From contig OZ296649.1 of NCBI GenBank assembly GCA_965655095.1, positions 83,824,001 to 83,888,000 on the forward strand: a DNA stretch of 64,000 nt, in the 5' to 3' direction. The position numbers and the translations under genes were made by a program. The stretch comes from Haplodiscus bocki. Taxonomy: Eukaryota. Under the pieces are notes generated by a model, which had not been told where the DNA came from, searched no databases, and saw only the letters and a program-made list of their open reading frames with translations. This document shows positions 26,259 through 39,100 of the stretch, piece by piece. Position 1 is the stretch's first letter. Each line of letters starts with the position of its first letter.

Positions 26259-26773
26259 AACAAAACACCCAGCTAACTCCGGGTTACTTTGCTCTCTGCA
26301 ATATTGTTAAAGATGTATTTGGGAACGATGAAAGCGTTTTTTTTAAAACACTCTTAATTTTTCATCATATTTTCTAACTTTCCTAACAAATTGTTTCTGA
26401 TTTTTGCCAAAAAAAACTTCAGAAATAAGGTGAAAAGACATCTTCAAGAAAAAATACCACCTGAGACGCTTTGTTGAAAAATATTGCCACTTAAAGCGAT
26501 TTTGAAACATTTCAAGGTTTTCTTTCAAAAAACTCATCTACTTTTTCCAAAAAAAACCCAAATTTCGATCGTTTTGAGAAAATTTACGATTCCAGTCGCA
26601 TTTTACAGCAAATTTGCTACAATTTGGTGAAAAAATAATTTCATGTTCATACGGGAAAAAAAGCCGATGTTGGTTTGAACGCAATTGGCAAACATCGGGT
26701 GAAAACGTCGGAAATGGCCCATTTGAATGGAAAATTTTGCTTTCATATTCTCAAGAATATGGCGCAAAATAAT
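26259..26773 (-). mobile_element. Helentron-like non-autonomous element, family C
   Basis: AACAAAAC, hairpin CCCAG-ctaact-CCGGG and TACTTTGC at the left; GCGCAAAATA at the far end. Related ends at ~29475-29505 (inverted), 58590 and 58684. Confidence 0.5.
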
Positions 26774-27346
26774 AACAACTCTACGAATTCAAAGCGTAGC
26801 TAATAAATCCATTAACGGAATGTTTTACCAATGGTAAATTGAGATGCGGGTCGCAACTAATTGGTCGGAAGTAACGTGGTAGACCACAGACGGATATGCA
26901 CCTCAAAAATGTTAGACTTTATGGCGTTGGTTTTATAACCACAACTGTAAAATGAAAAAGACGATGCAGCTATCCTCATTGCGATGCTAAACCAGCCAAT
27001 GAGCAAAAAGTGCAATTCCCAAGACTACATCACCCGAAACGTCTTTTCAAGATTATTGTAATTAACTTGTACAACATTTACATCAAGTATCATCTAATTT
27101 TGAATATTTCGTGATATCGAGGTTTTTTACTCAAAAATTCAGTGTTGATCCTGCTTTTTTTCGAGTTTGATGCAAGTGGTGATGTTCGGTACTTGAACGT
27201 CCTGCTAGGCATTAAACTTGATAAAAGACAAACGGTACGAGTAACGAACTCTAAATACTGAAAACTTTTTTTACGACCCGAGTTTTTGGTCCAATGGCCC
27301 ACTTAGAATTGAAATGACAAAATTGTTGAAACTTCAATGAATGCAA

Positions 27347-27690
27347 AACACAGAGGTGAAACTGAAGAACTCCGCAACACATTGACTTGTCAGTAGAAGT
27401 CAAAAAAAGGAATTGCACATCAAAGGTCCTGAGAAACATTCGAAAACCTGATAGATGTGATTGACACTTCTTGAAGTACTACACCAGCTGTCAATCGGAC
27501 GTTTGTTTAAAAAACGACGATGTTCAAATTGAGACAAGTACCTTTTACAGTGCCTCCTACTCAATTTTTTCTGTCAATCTTGCCTCTTTAGGTTGTGCCA
27601 TTTTGCAGCCCAATTTCCAAGATCTGAATAGTAAACAACGCGGAAATGAAGAATATACTAAGAACTGTGTTTCATACTTAAGCCATGATA
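27347..27690 (-). mobile_element. Truncated/diverged family B element
   Basis: Aligns by eye with 28540-28850 and 48274-48590 (AACACAGAGG..., ATTGACAC, TACTACACCAG). Confidence 0.55.
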
Positions 27691-28539
27691 AGTAAAACAT
27701 GACCTTCTTAGTACTCTGTTGTTAATTTCTTCAGACCACATGTTTACAAAATTAGTGTTTTTTTGCAAGGCGAAAAAAATACCTGCCAAATGTCTCGATT
27801 TTGGATCGCTTTCAATACACCGCTCGACTCCTTCATGACGACACAAAAGGCAAATTTCGGAAAGGATAAGAAAATTAAGCATAAGTCGGTATCGAATGTA
27901 TATCCAGACTGAAGGAAGAATTTGTATGAAGTGATTGTGTTTTTTCTTACCAGATTCCTATAACTGACAGCCTTCACCTTCAACTAAAAGTTCTTTCACT
28001 CGAGCTTCATTATATGTGCTGCCAATGTGAGAGCGAACCAGGTAATTAATCCCACTGACTCGAAAATCGCATGAAGAAATCTGTCTTTCCGTAGACCTCC
28101 TCAAAAGTTGATCCGAGTGTAAAATTTAAGCTCTCGAGAATGTAGAATCAAACTTTTCAATTCAAATCACTGACTTCATTCATATCATTTTTATGCCAGT
28201 ATTATATTATATTCTCAACGCAAATCGAGTCAAGTGCAGAGTAAACCTAAAAAATAGTAAAGTATGGGATATGAGTCAAATCAGCTTTTTGACGAATTTT
28301 GGTACTATGTACTTTCCCTCTCGAGCATTGATTTCCCAGCATGAAACTTTCAATATTTGGACTTTATTAACATTTTAATTGTGACGGCTTTATTCTTTTC
28401 CGCCATATTTTTAAAATGGGGAAAACGCAATTTTTTACGTTTACTTGCCAAATTGCACGATTCAGGCAAGTTACACCATTTCTAACTTTGAAATTTTTCA
28501 TTTGAATTTTCGTATTTTAGAGTTCGACACGCAAAAACG

Positions 28540-29298
28540 AACATAGAGACGAAGCGGAACTTCGCAACACATTCTGACTTATCATTTCAAATCCAAGATA
28601 AAATTCAGATTCAAAGCCCTGAGAGACATTTGAAATTTAATGGGATACATGATTGACACTTTTAGAAATACTACACCAGGTACTTAAAGATTGCTCCAAA
28701 AATATTGAATTAAGACAAGAGCATGTCTCAGTGTCTGATACTCGAAAAGTTGTTCTGTAAATCATTTTTTAGATTCGCAATTTTGCGACCAATGTTCAAA
28801 AACACTTACACAATAAGCAACGCCAAAAAAAATGAGGTGTGGCCAAAGCAAGCATCATTTGAAAATGTCGAGCTCTCAAAATGGCTCATATGAGTCAACA
28901 AGATGCTGTCAAAACACCGTCTTTTGTGTCTCCGATGTCTTGTTTACTACTAGTCACCATTTTTGGAGCTCGAAGTTTTTTTAAACGTTCTTTTTGGGGA
29001 CACCTGATACATTGTCCACACTGTCTCATATTCAAATCATTGTTATGCGAATCACTTTTTGAACGCTGTTGTTCCTTTTTGAAACCAATTTTCAAAAATT
29101 TTCCACATTTCAGAACTCGCTTTGCACAAATAAACAAGAACCTGCCAAGATGTTTCAAAAAGGGCTCTTTTTGACCGTTTACACTAGATGGCTAAACTTT
29201 CTGATGACGTCACAAAGTGCAAGTTTTAGACACGATGAAAAAACTATGCATAAGCCGGTTTCCAATACACATTTTTCCTTTCAGTCAGAATGTCTAAA
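28540..29298 (-). mobile_element. Non-autonomous Helentron/DINE-1-like element, family B (uninterrupted copy)
   Basis: AACATAGAG, hairpin CGAAG-cggaa-CTTCG and subTIR ACATTCTGACT (~28570), with inverted AGTCAGAATGT at 29283. Confidence 0.75.
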
Positions 29299-30057
29299 AA
29301 GTAGCGAATTTGTTGAATACGTTAAAAAGGTAATATTTCTCAATATTTCCTTTTTTCAACCGAATTTAGGGTTTTTGAAACAAATTCGATTTTTTTTTCA
29401 AAATTAGAAAACTACAATTTTGCTGTGGAATGATTTTTTTCTTATATAAAACGCATTTCAAGTTAGAGGAAGGAAAATATCCCGGTGGTAGCCGGGAGTT
29501 TTGTTACAACTCGATCCGTTGTTTCCAGAGTCATCGGTAATATTCAAATTGTTGTGACCTTCATGTGAAAACGCAAATACGGTCCAATGAACAGTTCCAT
29601 TGAAATTTCACAAACGAGTAGCGTAAGTGCAATTAAAACCTTCTAAAAGGCGTTGGTTTAGGTTTTATTAAAAAATCTGAATTGTCAACGACTTTTTGGT
29701 TTCAATTGAATGCCACTTATAGCGACCCTCCCAATTGAAAACCATTTTGACATTTCAGATTTCAAGCAGCTTACTTTGGTTCTTCAGATACTTTATCTTG
29801 ACCAAAGAAAAAATCCGAATCAGTGAACAAGATTCTGAAGTGCATTTTTAACTGATATCAGTTTCTGGTTTTATGTTGTGAACTCCATTCCCATTTATTT
29901 GGTATCTAATCTCATCTCGAATTTCAATTTGCTCTGGTCAAAAACTGGGAAAGATCTTGAAATTTACAATTGAGTATTTACAATTTACTATTTATGAGCC
30001 ATAATTACATTATCAATACACGAAATTCAAGATTTAATCTGGGATAGAGTTTCAGAA

Positions 30058-30182
30058 CTAATACGCTTTGATTTTACAAGCGTGATCGAAAGCAGGGAAG
30101 AGTTTTCGAGAGAAGAAACATTTGACTTGTTGAGCCCATAATTTCGTTTCCCGAGGAAGATCATCGATTTCGTCTTCGGTGT
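30058..30182 (-). CDS. RSPH10B: RSPH10B probable terminal exon 18
   Basis: DTEDEIDDLPRETKLWAQQVKCFFSRKLFPAFDHACKIKAY* matches the conserved W....FF...LF.A motif. AATAAA on the minus strand at ~29895. Confidence 0.78.
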
Positions 30183-33100
30183 CTAAAATGCATGAAGCTG
30201 GCTAATAACCGGTTCCACCCCAAAATACCCAAGCCCAAAACACCCAAGGCCAAAATACCCAATGTCCCAGAATACCCAAGATTGAAACAACAATACCAAT
30301 TAAATAATTAATAGCGTCTTAACATTAAAAAAATCTAAAATACTTGAATGTTGACTAATTACTTAATTGATATGATGGTACTATTATTGCTTCTTAGAAT
30401 AAACTTTATGTGCCATAATACATACACTGTACAAAATTACTAGCACATCTAGGATCAACTTTGCAAAAACTCACCCTTTTTGAAATTTAAAGTTTTCCAG
30501 AGTACCGAAAATTTTATTTTTTGGGGAGGGGGGGAGGGAGGGTCACAATTTTATCTCAGAGTGCCAAAAATTTTGTGAGGTGAATTACAATTTTGTCTGA
30601 CAGCGTCGAAAATTTTGAGGTGAATTACAGTTTCGTATCTCAGTGGCGAAAAATTTGTTAAGTGAATTAGAAAATTATATTGTGAAAACTTTTGGGCAAA
30701 AAATACGGAATTCTGAAAATGCAACTTTCTGTTTATTTTATATAGAAAACTAGTTTTTGAATTTATCAAGAATGTTTTTCCGTTCAAAGTATGTTTCTGT
30801 AAATATTTTGACTTGTGGTATTTTATTCTGACACCACCGATATCTTGAAGCATCATTAGACCTACGTAATTAGTAGCGTCTTCAAACTTTTAGTTCAAGA
30901 CGCTGTTAATCATTGATGTATTATGGCTATTTCAATCTTGGGTATTTTGTCCTGCCACCTCTAATACCCAATGGCAGCAGCTAATTCGAAGTCAAACTAT
31001 TCGAATATCTCGACTTAATAGAATGCGATTATACATTTTTTCCTTCAGTCTTTCTGAGAAAATTGAAGTAAGACATGACAAAATTTTGAAATTCAAGTGA
31101 AACAAGGGTGCTGGTTACGCCCGACGGATATAAGTACGGAATCAACTTTGACTTTATTTGGCAACCAAACACGGTCAATAATAATCGCAACTTCTAATAA
31201 TCATCATTCATTTTTGAGAGATCAAACATGCAAAAGTAAGGGTCAGATTAATTATTCATTAAATTTCATGATTCCTCATTTTGTTTTTTTTTCTACAAAA
31301 ACACTCGGATTTATGACAAATTCCTGGTCCCCCGATGTGCTGAAGATTTCGTCACTAAATTCCAAGATTAAGACATGCAGATTTTAATTTCACCGGAAAA
31401 GAAAACTACAAACGCAAATTGTGCTGAATTAACAATGAGAGCATACATGCTGCCATGAAATCTCAGGGAGATAAATTTCAAAAAAAGGAATCATCTGCTT
31501 GGTTATGCAATCTGTATCAGTGGTTCAGAAGCGAAATGTGATTGATGGGATAGTTCCCCCACCGGCAGTAAAATCAATTTCCTCCCGTCATCTCCAAGGG
31601 GAAGAAGCACTTCAGTTCAACTAATGTTAACCATTTAAAAAGCAAATTCAGCAAGCACAAAAACAGAGCTGCGTTAAACAAGAGAACTCGAAGCTTCTTA
31701 CGGCTAATAAAACGTGAGAAATATTGCAGTTAATCGTTTGACTTACTGAGCTTTCAGATGCCTCTGAGTGATCCTTAATTACTGAATCACTGCCCAAAGA
31801 GGCGGATTGACCGCTTAAAAAATCTACCAGTCGCACATATACTAATTGCTACAAGAAGCTCCAGTCATTTTATTCAAAACATGTAAAACCAGGATAAATT
31901 TATGCGACATGAAATCTTCGCACAAAAATGTGTTTTTAAATGTATGTTTTGGGGAATATTTTCAATAAAAAACATGCAGGTATAGAGATCACATCACAAA
32001 CACACGAAAATAAGAGCCCATTTGAGAAAACAACGATCTGGAGATGAGATAAACATGCATTTACAAAACATCAAAACAAACCTTCTTCGACTCTGCTCAA
32101 AGTCTTCATATAAGACACTGAAAATATCATTTCATAACTCTCGCTGAACATGCTCTTGCCCGTACTTGTTTTCCGTCGAAAAAAAACTCCAAAGGAAAAT
32201 TTTCAATTCAGTAGTCGGAGTTTTTTCTTTTCCTGAAACTGCCCATCACGCGCGGACTTATGCGCGCATATTGCAGAACCGTTAGTGCCTTGAATAATAC
32301 ATATGTGTGTGCGTCACCTCGGTTAGAAAGAAAAAGGTGGCGGGATCGAATCCCGCTGTCGGCCATATTTTTCACTCATTTTTATATACTCGTTAGCGCA
32401 TTCTCATTTTTTTTAATACCAAAAAACAGGATTTTTTTGGACAAAATTTAAGGTTTTTCGCCAAGTGGGCTCTATTTTTCTCAAAAATTAGTCTGTTTCT
32501 GAAGTAATTGAAGCAAATCGGTATTTGTCGATATTTTTCGAAAAATTGGGGACAACTTTTCGATTTTTCAAACAAGCAGAAAAAAATTTATGAATGAGCT
32601 GAAAAAATTAATTAAAAATGTAAATAAATGATTTCTTTCAGTTACGGGGTATGTTTTTTTCGCTACTTTAGTTTCTACGGGGTCAAAAAAAAATAATTTC
32701 GAAAATACTTCTACTGGAAAATGTGGTTCTATAATCCCCAGATCGAGAGAACACCAGAAAGCGCAATCAGTATTGAATTTCCATTCTGTTGCAATTCATT
32801 TTTCTCCAAGAAACCAGACTCAATTCTTTCATTTAGCTCTCAATCACAAACCTTGTAACTGTACAAGAGTACTCCATTGGAAAATCGGTCGTTTGTCATA
32901 ATCCTGTTGGTCCGAAATTTCCGAAAAGTGCTATCATTATTGATACATCGAGATATTCAAACTTTTTTCTGAGTAATTACTGTTTTGATTTCTTCCATCA
33001 GGGCCTGAATCGAAAATTTCACATTTGTAAAGGGGGGTTTGAGTAGAAACCCATTCTTTTTGACCCATGTGTCAAGTTCCTGATTAGCCAGAATTTCCAA

Positions 33101-36100
33101 GAAAAAAATCAATCAAATCAGACTTCTCCCAAACTCTAGCTTTGCTTTCTTTCATCAAAATCATATTCGAAAGCCTTACTCTTATAAGGGAGCTTTCGAT
33201 TAAAAAGTGATTGGCTTTGATCTTTGCATCAGAATACCAAGAATCCGAAAATTCCAAAAAGTTCTAATAACGTTTCATCTCGAAATTCGATTCCATGTTT
33301 CTCCATCACCACAGGTTTGATTTTTGTCATCCAGGTCTCCATGAAAAACCTCACACTCTTATAGGAGCATTCGATGAAAAAGCCATTGATTTTGATCCTT
33401 GCACCAAAATCCTTACAGTCCGAAAACTCCGAGAAGTGCTATTAGTATTGACATACATCGACATTCATACTCATTTTTCTCGGGAGCTACCGGCTTGATT
33501 TCCTTCACTAAGGTCTCAATCAAGAAATCTACACTTGGAGAGTAGGAGTTGGTTCAAAAATCACTCAATTTGTTCTTTGCATCAAAAACCTCATAGTCCC
33601 AGAAATTGAAAAGTGTTATTATTATTGATTCATCTCGATATTCAAAATCATACTTCTCCGTAAAAACAGGCTTGAATTCTTTCATCAAGTCCTCACTCGA
33701 GGACAATTTAAGCTTGTGCACAACTCAATTGGGAAGTCATTTATTGAATTCCTTGAATTAGAATTCTGATGATCCGAATAATCTAAAATCAGCCATTAAT
33801 TTTGACTCATCAAGAGGTACAAATACTTTTTTCTCCGTAACTACCGGCATAATTTCTTTCATGAGGGTCTCCATGGACAGATCATCAGTTGCAGAAGTAA
33901 TATAGGTTTTAAAAGCATTGATTTCGTTACTTGCACTGGAATTTTGATAGTTCGAAAAAGCTGCTTTTTGACGTTTTTCCGATATTCCAACTCATAGCAC
34001 TCAATAACCGCTGACTTTATTTTTTGATTCAAGGTCTCAATCTAAAGCTTTCTCTCTGTGATAGACTACTCGATTTAAACCTCTTTGGTTTTCCTTGCGT
34101 CGGAATCCTGATAGTCCGAGAATGCCAAAACGCTCTCAATATTGATAAATCTCAACATTCAAACTTATTTTGCCATAACTACAGGCTTGATTCATTCGAC
34201 CAAGGTCGAATTCGAATAGCTTTTTTGAGGAGTTTTGGGCAAAATAAAAGTATCAATACCGTTCCTGCATTGGATTCGTGGTATTCCAGAAACTCCAGAA
34301 GTTTTTTTAATTTGAACCCATCTCGATTTCCAAAGTTGTTTTTCTCCAGAAATACTGACTTGAGTTTCTTCTTAAAGTTCTCAACATAAAGTTTTCTACC
34401 TTTGTTTGAGTATGTGATTAAGAATCAATAATTTTCGTCCATGCAGTGAATGCTGAAGGACCAGAAATGCCAGAAAGTGGTTAGTCTTGACATGTTTCGT
34501 TTCTCAAACTCATATCTTTTAGCCCTACCTGCTTCATTTTCCCGTCAAAACGTCAATTGATAGCTTTTCACTTGAGGCGGATGTCATCGTGATTGACAAA
34601 AATTGGCGAAGTGCTATTAGTATTGAGATATATCGATATTCCAAATTGTCCTTCTACAAAATTACATATTTGAAATTTCTACAAAGGTCTGAATTGACGG
34701 TGATATATTTTATCTGATAATGTTCATCAGATGGAATAATCAGTGATTTTGTCCTTTCCATTGGAATAATGATAAACTGAACATGCACAAGAATGTCCAA
34801 ATAAAATTCTTATTTTGTCGATTTTCAGACTCATAAATATTTGAAGCAGTCGGCTCAAATTTTTCCGCCGTGGTCTATCGAGATGTTCTTTTGTCAGTAT
34901 TGCGTTATTTGTAAATGTGGTTTGTTGTATTTTCGCTCAATTTTCTTACGCGCCACATTGACGGAAAAAATCGCAGTGCAACAGTGCCTCTTGTTTAAAA
35001 TTTGGGTTCCAACAAAAATTAAAATTTCCAAGTTTTTTTCTCTTCATCAAATTTTAGAAGGTACAACTTTCGACCACAATTAACGCCCATTGACCAAAAT
35101 TGAAGCCCAATTGCTTTCGTTACTATTTCTGACTCTAATGAGGAAAAACCGTGCCGAATAGAGCAGGTTTAAAGCTACAAAGTTTGATAAAATTTAGATT
35201 TTATCCTTTTTTGAAGAAAAAAATCAGTTGAAAGCGAAAACACAAACCTCCTCCCCAGTCGACAAAACGCGAACTGCGCGCTGACGTCATGTTACTCGGA
35301 ACTCGAGTAACTGGCCTAGAAGCCGACACAATTGGGTCTTCTGTGATGCCCAATGCTAGTTCATCTTCACCTAGAAATTACAACGACCATTTTTCAATTC
35401 CATCAAATTAAATTACACACACTTGGTTTTCTTTATTAGACTTTTAACCTTTAGCAGTTCGTTGCGTAGCTGTGTCACCTTCAGCAGCTGCTTTCGCAGA
35501 TTCGGCGGCAGTCACTCCACTGTCGGTCAGCCCTTCATTTTGTTGCGCTTGTTTCTCAGAACCTGTGGCACCCCCTGTGGCTCCAGCGACACCCAAGCTG
35601 ATAGCTGATTTCCGACCGCTTTTACCCGCCTATCAACAAAAGCCAGCATTTACCCTAAAAGTTTACCCAAAGTAGGTGTACATGAAGATTTGGCAGCAGA
35701 GGATAGAGAGCTCATTCGAAATTTACAAGAGATTAATTGATTAACTTTTCACATAACTGTCACTCGATGCTATGAAGTTGGTATTTCTATGAAAAAAATA
35801 TGGTCGAACAAGGAGAAAATGCTTCACAACTGCATTTTTCAGCGCGCTAACTTTTCCAAATGAAACTTGGCGTGCATTGGCGTGATCCAAGAAGAATACA
35901 CAACCTGACAAGATCATACATGTACATCACTTGTCACCGAAGACGCATATCCTACATTTGGCTAACATCAAAATAAAACATACCCTGTAATCTCAAAATT
36001 GAGACAAACTTCATGTACACAACATAACCAGGACTTGATAGAAAACCTAAGTGTGATTTACGGAATTTCGTCTTGATAATTATGATCCTACAAATACAAT

Positions 36101-39100
36101 TACGTCAAATTAAAACCCTATCAAAATACAGCATAAGATTTGAAAGCGAGGCCAGTGTGGAAAATCTGAGTGAGAAGGTTACTAGCCAGATTTCAACGTC
36201 TAAAACTATGAATAGACATGTGTTTTTAAATAGAGTATGAACCTGAGAAGCAACGGTGGCTGCGTTACTTTCAGTATTCTGTTCAGCTGCAGCAATGTTA
36301 GCACTCTCTTCGGCAGCAGCCTCTCCACTCTCACCTGCATACTCTTCGTCTTCATTGTCAATCTGGACAACATATCAAAAACGTCATTTCAGCCCTTCAT
36401 TCCGCTAGTTATGTAAACTTCGTTGATTACTTCATTTTTCGGTCAACCAGTACTCCTAAAAATTGAATGCTGTCCGATTCTTCTGAAAACTAACTCACAG
36501 AAACGAACCAATCAAACATACATTAGTTACAATGTAATACCACGATAGCCTGCCAAAAAATGAATTTGTTCATTATGTCGAGGGAAAATAGCAGCGGATA
36601 CCGGCTTTTCTTGACAAAATTTCGTAACATCACATTTTTAGTTTTTCGGAGTCTTTGCTGCAAATAGATCATTATGTTCATTTCAGTATTACTTCGAAAA
36701 GTCTACTGTATGACTTGAAAAACTCAATTATGAATTCTTTAACCAGTGTCAAATAGGTTTCATTCCATAGAGCGAGATGAAAGTTTAATTCATAAAAAAT
36801 CTTCAAGCTTAGTTAATCCATAAAAAGCTAGCAAAGTTTCCAGCTTAGTTAAATAGCAGGATGACGTTTAGTTTCTTAGCAAGTTAAGATTCATTAACAA
36901 TGTTAGAGCTTTAGAATATAGGATTTACTGAAATGAAGATGTCCCAAAATGGAAAATCTCTCAAATTAACTCGAGCATTAGTTTCGTTTAACTGTAAAAC
37001 AATGCATTAGGGCATGTAATTTTTTATCAGAAAGAGTTTATCAAAGCCATTTTCTAAGGACAGTAGTCAACTGCTCTTTTCATGAATGTTGTCGAATCGC
37101 TAAAAATTTGAAAAACGAAAATTAAAACAGCATTTCCGAGAGCTCACTTAATTCGTTACAGATATTGCAATAACCTAGCAAAATGTCATTTAATTCAATT
37201 ATGAGTATGATACGGTACGTCGAATCGAATTTTTAGAACGCAAACAACAAATTTAATTTTAATCATTTGGCTTTTCGTTTACTTGACTAATTTGACTGGG
37301 GCTTGTTCCTTGGAGCAGAGCCAATTTTGCGTCCATTCCAGCGAACACTGTTTCAGCTAGTTCTTCCGAGGCTAGAGTGCTCGTCCTCCCGTTACCACCG
37401 GCAATTGCAACAGTGATTTGGGGTGTCGTCGGTGGTGGCTCCTTCAACACTTCATCTGTGACGTAAATTGTCGCCAAATTCAGTAGACACTCAATGAACT
37501 CCAATATTGTCAGCTGCAAAACAATTCTTCGTCAATGAATCATCTACCCAAGAAAACATGCTGTTAATTCCTAGTAAAACCGTAGATATTTCGAAAAATG
37601 TACGTTTGTATTACTTCGATTTAGAGCTACACGTTGATTTGCTTAGCGAATTTTAAAAATTTGGTTGAAGATTAAAAATTCAGCAATTTTCGCATAAATT
37701 TAGAACAAGAGGCGCAGTCGCAATGCGATATTTTCCGTCGAAGGGGTGTACAAATGGTTGATCGAACGTATAACAAGTTGTTTTCGATTGAGACCTTGTC
37801 GGAAGAATTCAATCTTCTATTTTCTGGTTTGATTCTTTAATTTGCAACTTTCTATTACAATTAGTTTATGGTGAAAATGCATTACACTTGCACAAGCAGT
37901 GTTATATCCCAAGAGAGCTTTGGAAAAAGATGAGTTTGAATATCAACAGTATAACAATACCCGTGGAACTTTTCGCCATTTTCGACCTATCATGACAATT
38001 CTATTAATAAAGCACAATTCAAGGAATTTCAATTGGAAAACCCTTCTACAGATGAAGAGGTATCAATTAATGCCATGGTGGAAGAAGTGAAGCCAATAGT
38101 TATGCAGAAATGAGAATTTGAATACAGGGATAATTCAAAATTAATATCAGTTCTTGGCATTACTTGGCTGTCAGGATTCCAACGCAAAGATCAAGGTCCA
38201 TCATTTTTCTATTGAATAGTCCTCATCAAATAAAAATGTTTCGCTTTAACCCTTGACGGAAGAATTCAAGCTCCTAATTATGGAGAACTTTGATTTCGAA
38301 AACCTAGATTTAATTATCGATAACATTTTTGGCATTTTCGGTCAATCAAGTATCGGAATAGAAGAAAAACATACGCCAAAAAACAAGACAATCGTGCCAT
38401 CATCTGGGAAAAAAGTGGTTCACGCATTTCACAAAATCCTCAGCTTTTAGAAACTAGATCGATTTCAATTTTTTTTTCGGAGAAAACCTATTAAAAAAAT
38501 CCGACTTCAATTAAAACATAGTCTGTGATACACTGAGGTGTTTTTGCTATTGCAATTGCAAAACCGCCTCCTTTTCAGTCCTTCCTTCGAGAATATAGAA
38601 GTAAAGATTGATCAAACGTTCAAATGACTAATAAACTATGATCTGGAAGATTGTTTCATTAAAGTTCTAATGCATAACTTTCATACCCAGGATAAACAGG
38701 TAAAGAAATTGAGCCTTTTTGTTACATTAAATGAGAATTTTGTTCGTTTTTAGACGTAGCTGCTTAGAGATAGGATAATTGAGAAAAAGTTGAAATTATC
38801 AAAAAAAGCTCGATTATCACGTTCTGTCGCCGAAAAATCTAGCAAAAATAAATGCTTGACCTCTACCAGAAATTCAAAGCTAAAAAATAAGGATCCTATT
38901 GTTACGCCACGGGAAAACCTAGGTACTTTGAGGCAAATTTTCTCAGACATTGATCCGAAATTGACAAAAGAAACAATTGCTAAAAAAATATAGTTTTGAA
39001 GTCTCTAAATACAAAAACTATCGAAAAATCCTATAATCGGCGGGCGAACCGTAAAAGAAAATCGAATATTGTCGTTCGTGAACTACTTCAAGTATGGAAG

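Noticed and set aside
31648-31836. Possible extra RSPH10B exon (DFLSGQSASLGSD..., GTAAGT donor)
   Set aside because: Would enter in phase 1 and leave in phase 0, breaking the frame to exon 18; weak acceptor. An alternative isoform cannot be excluded.
32750-34850. Regularly spaced repeats as a CRISPR-like array
   Set aside because: Whole units are homologous and diverged, with no identical repeat plus unique spacer structure; eukaryotic context with no cas genes.
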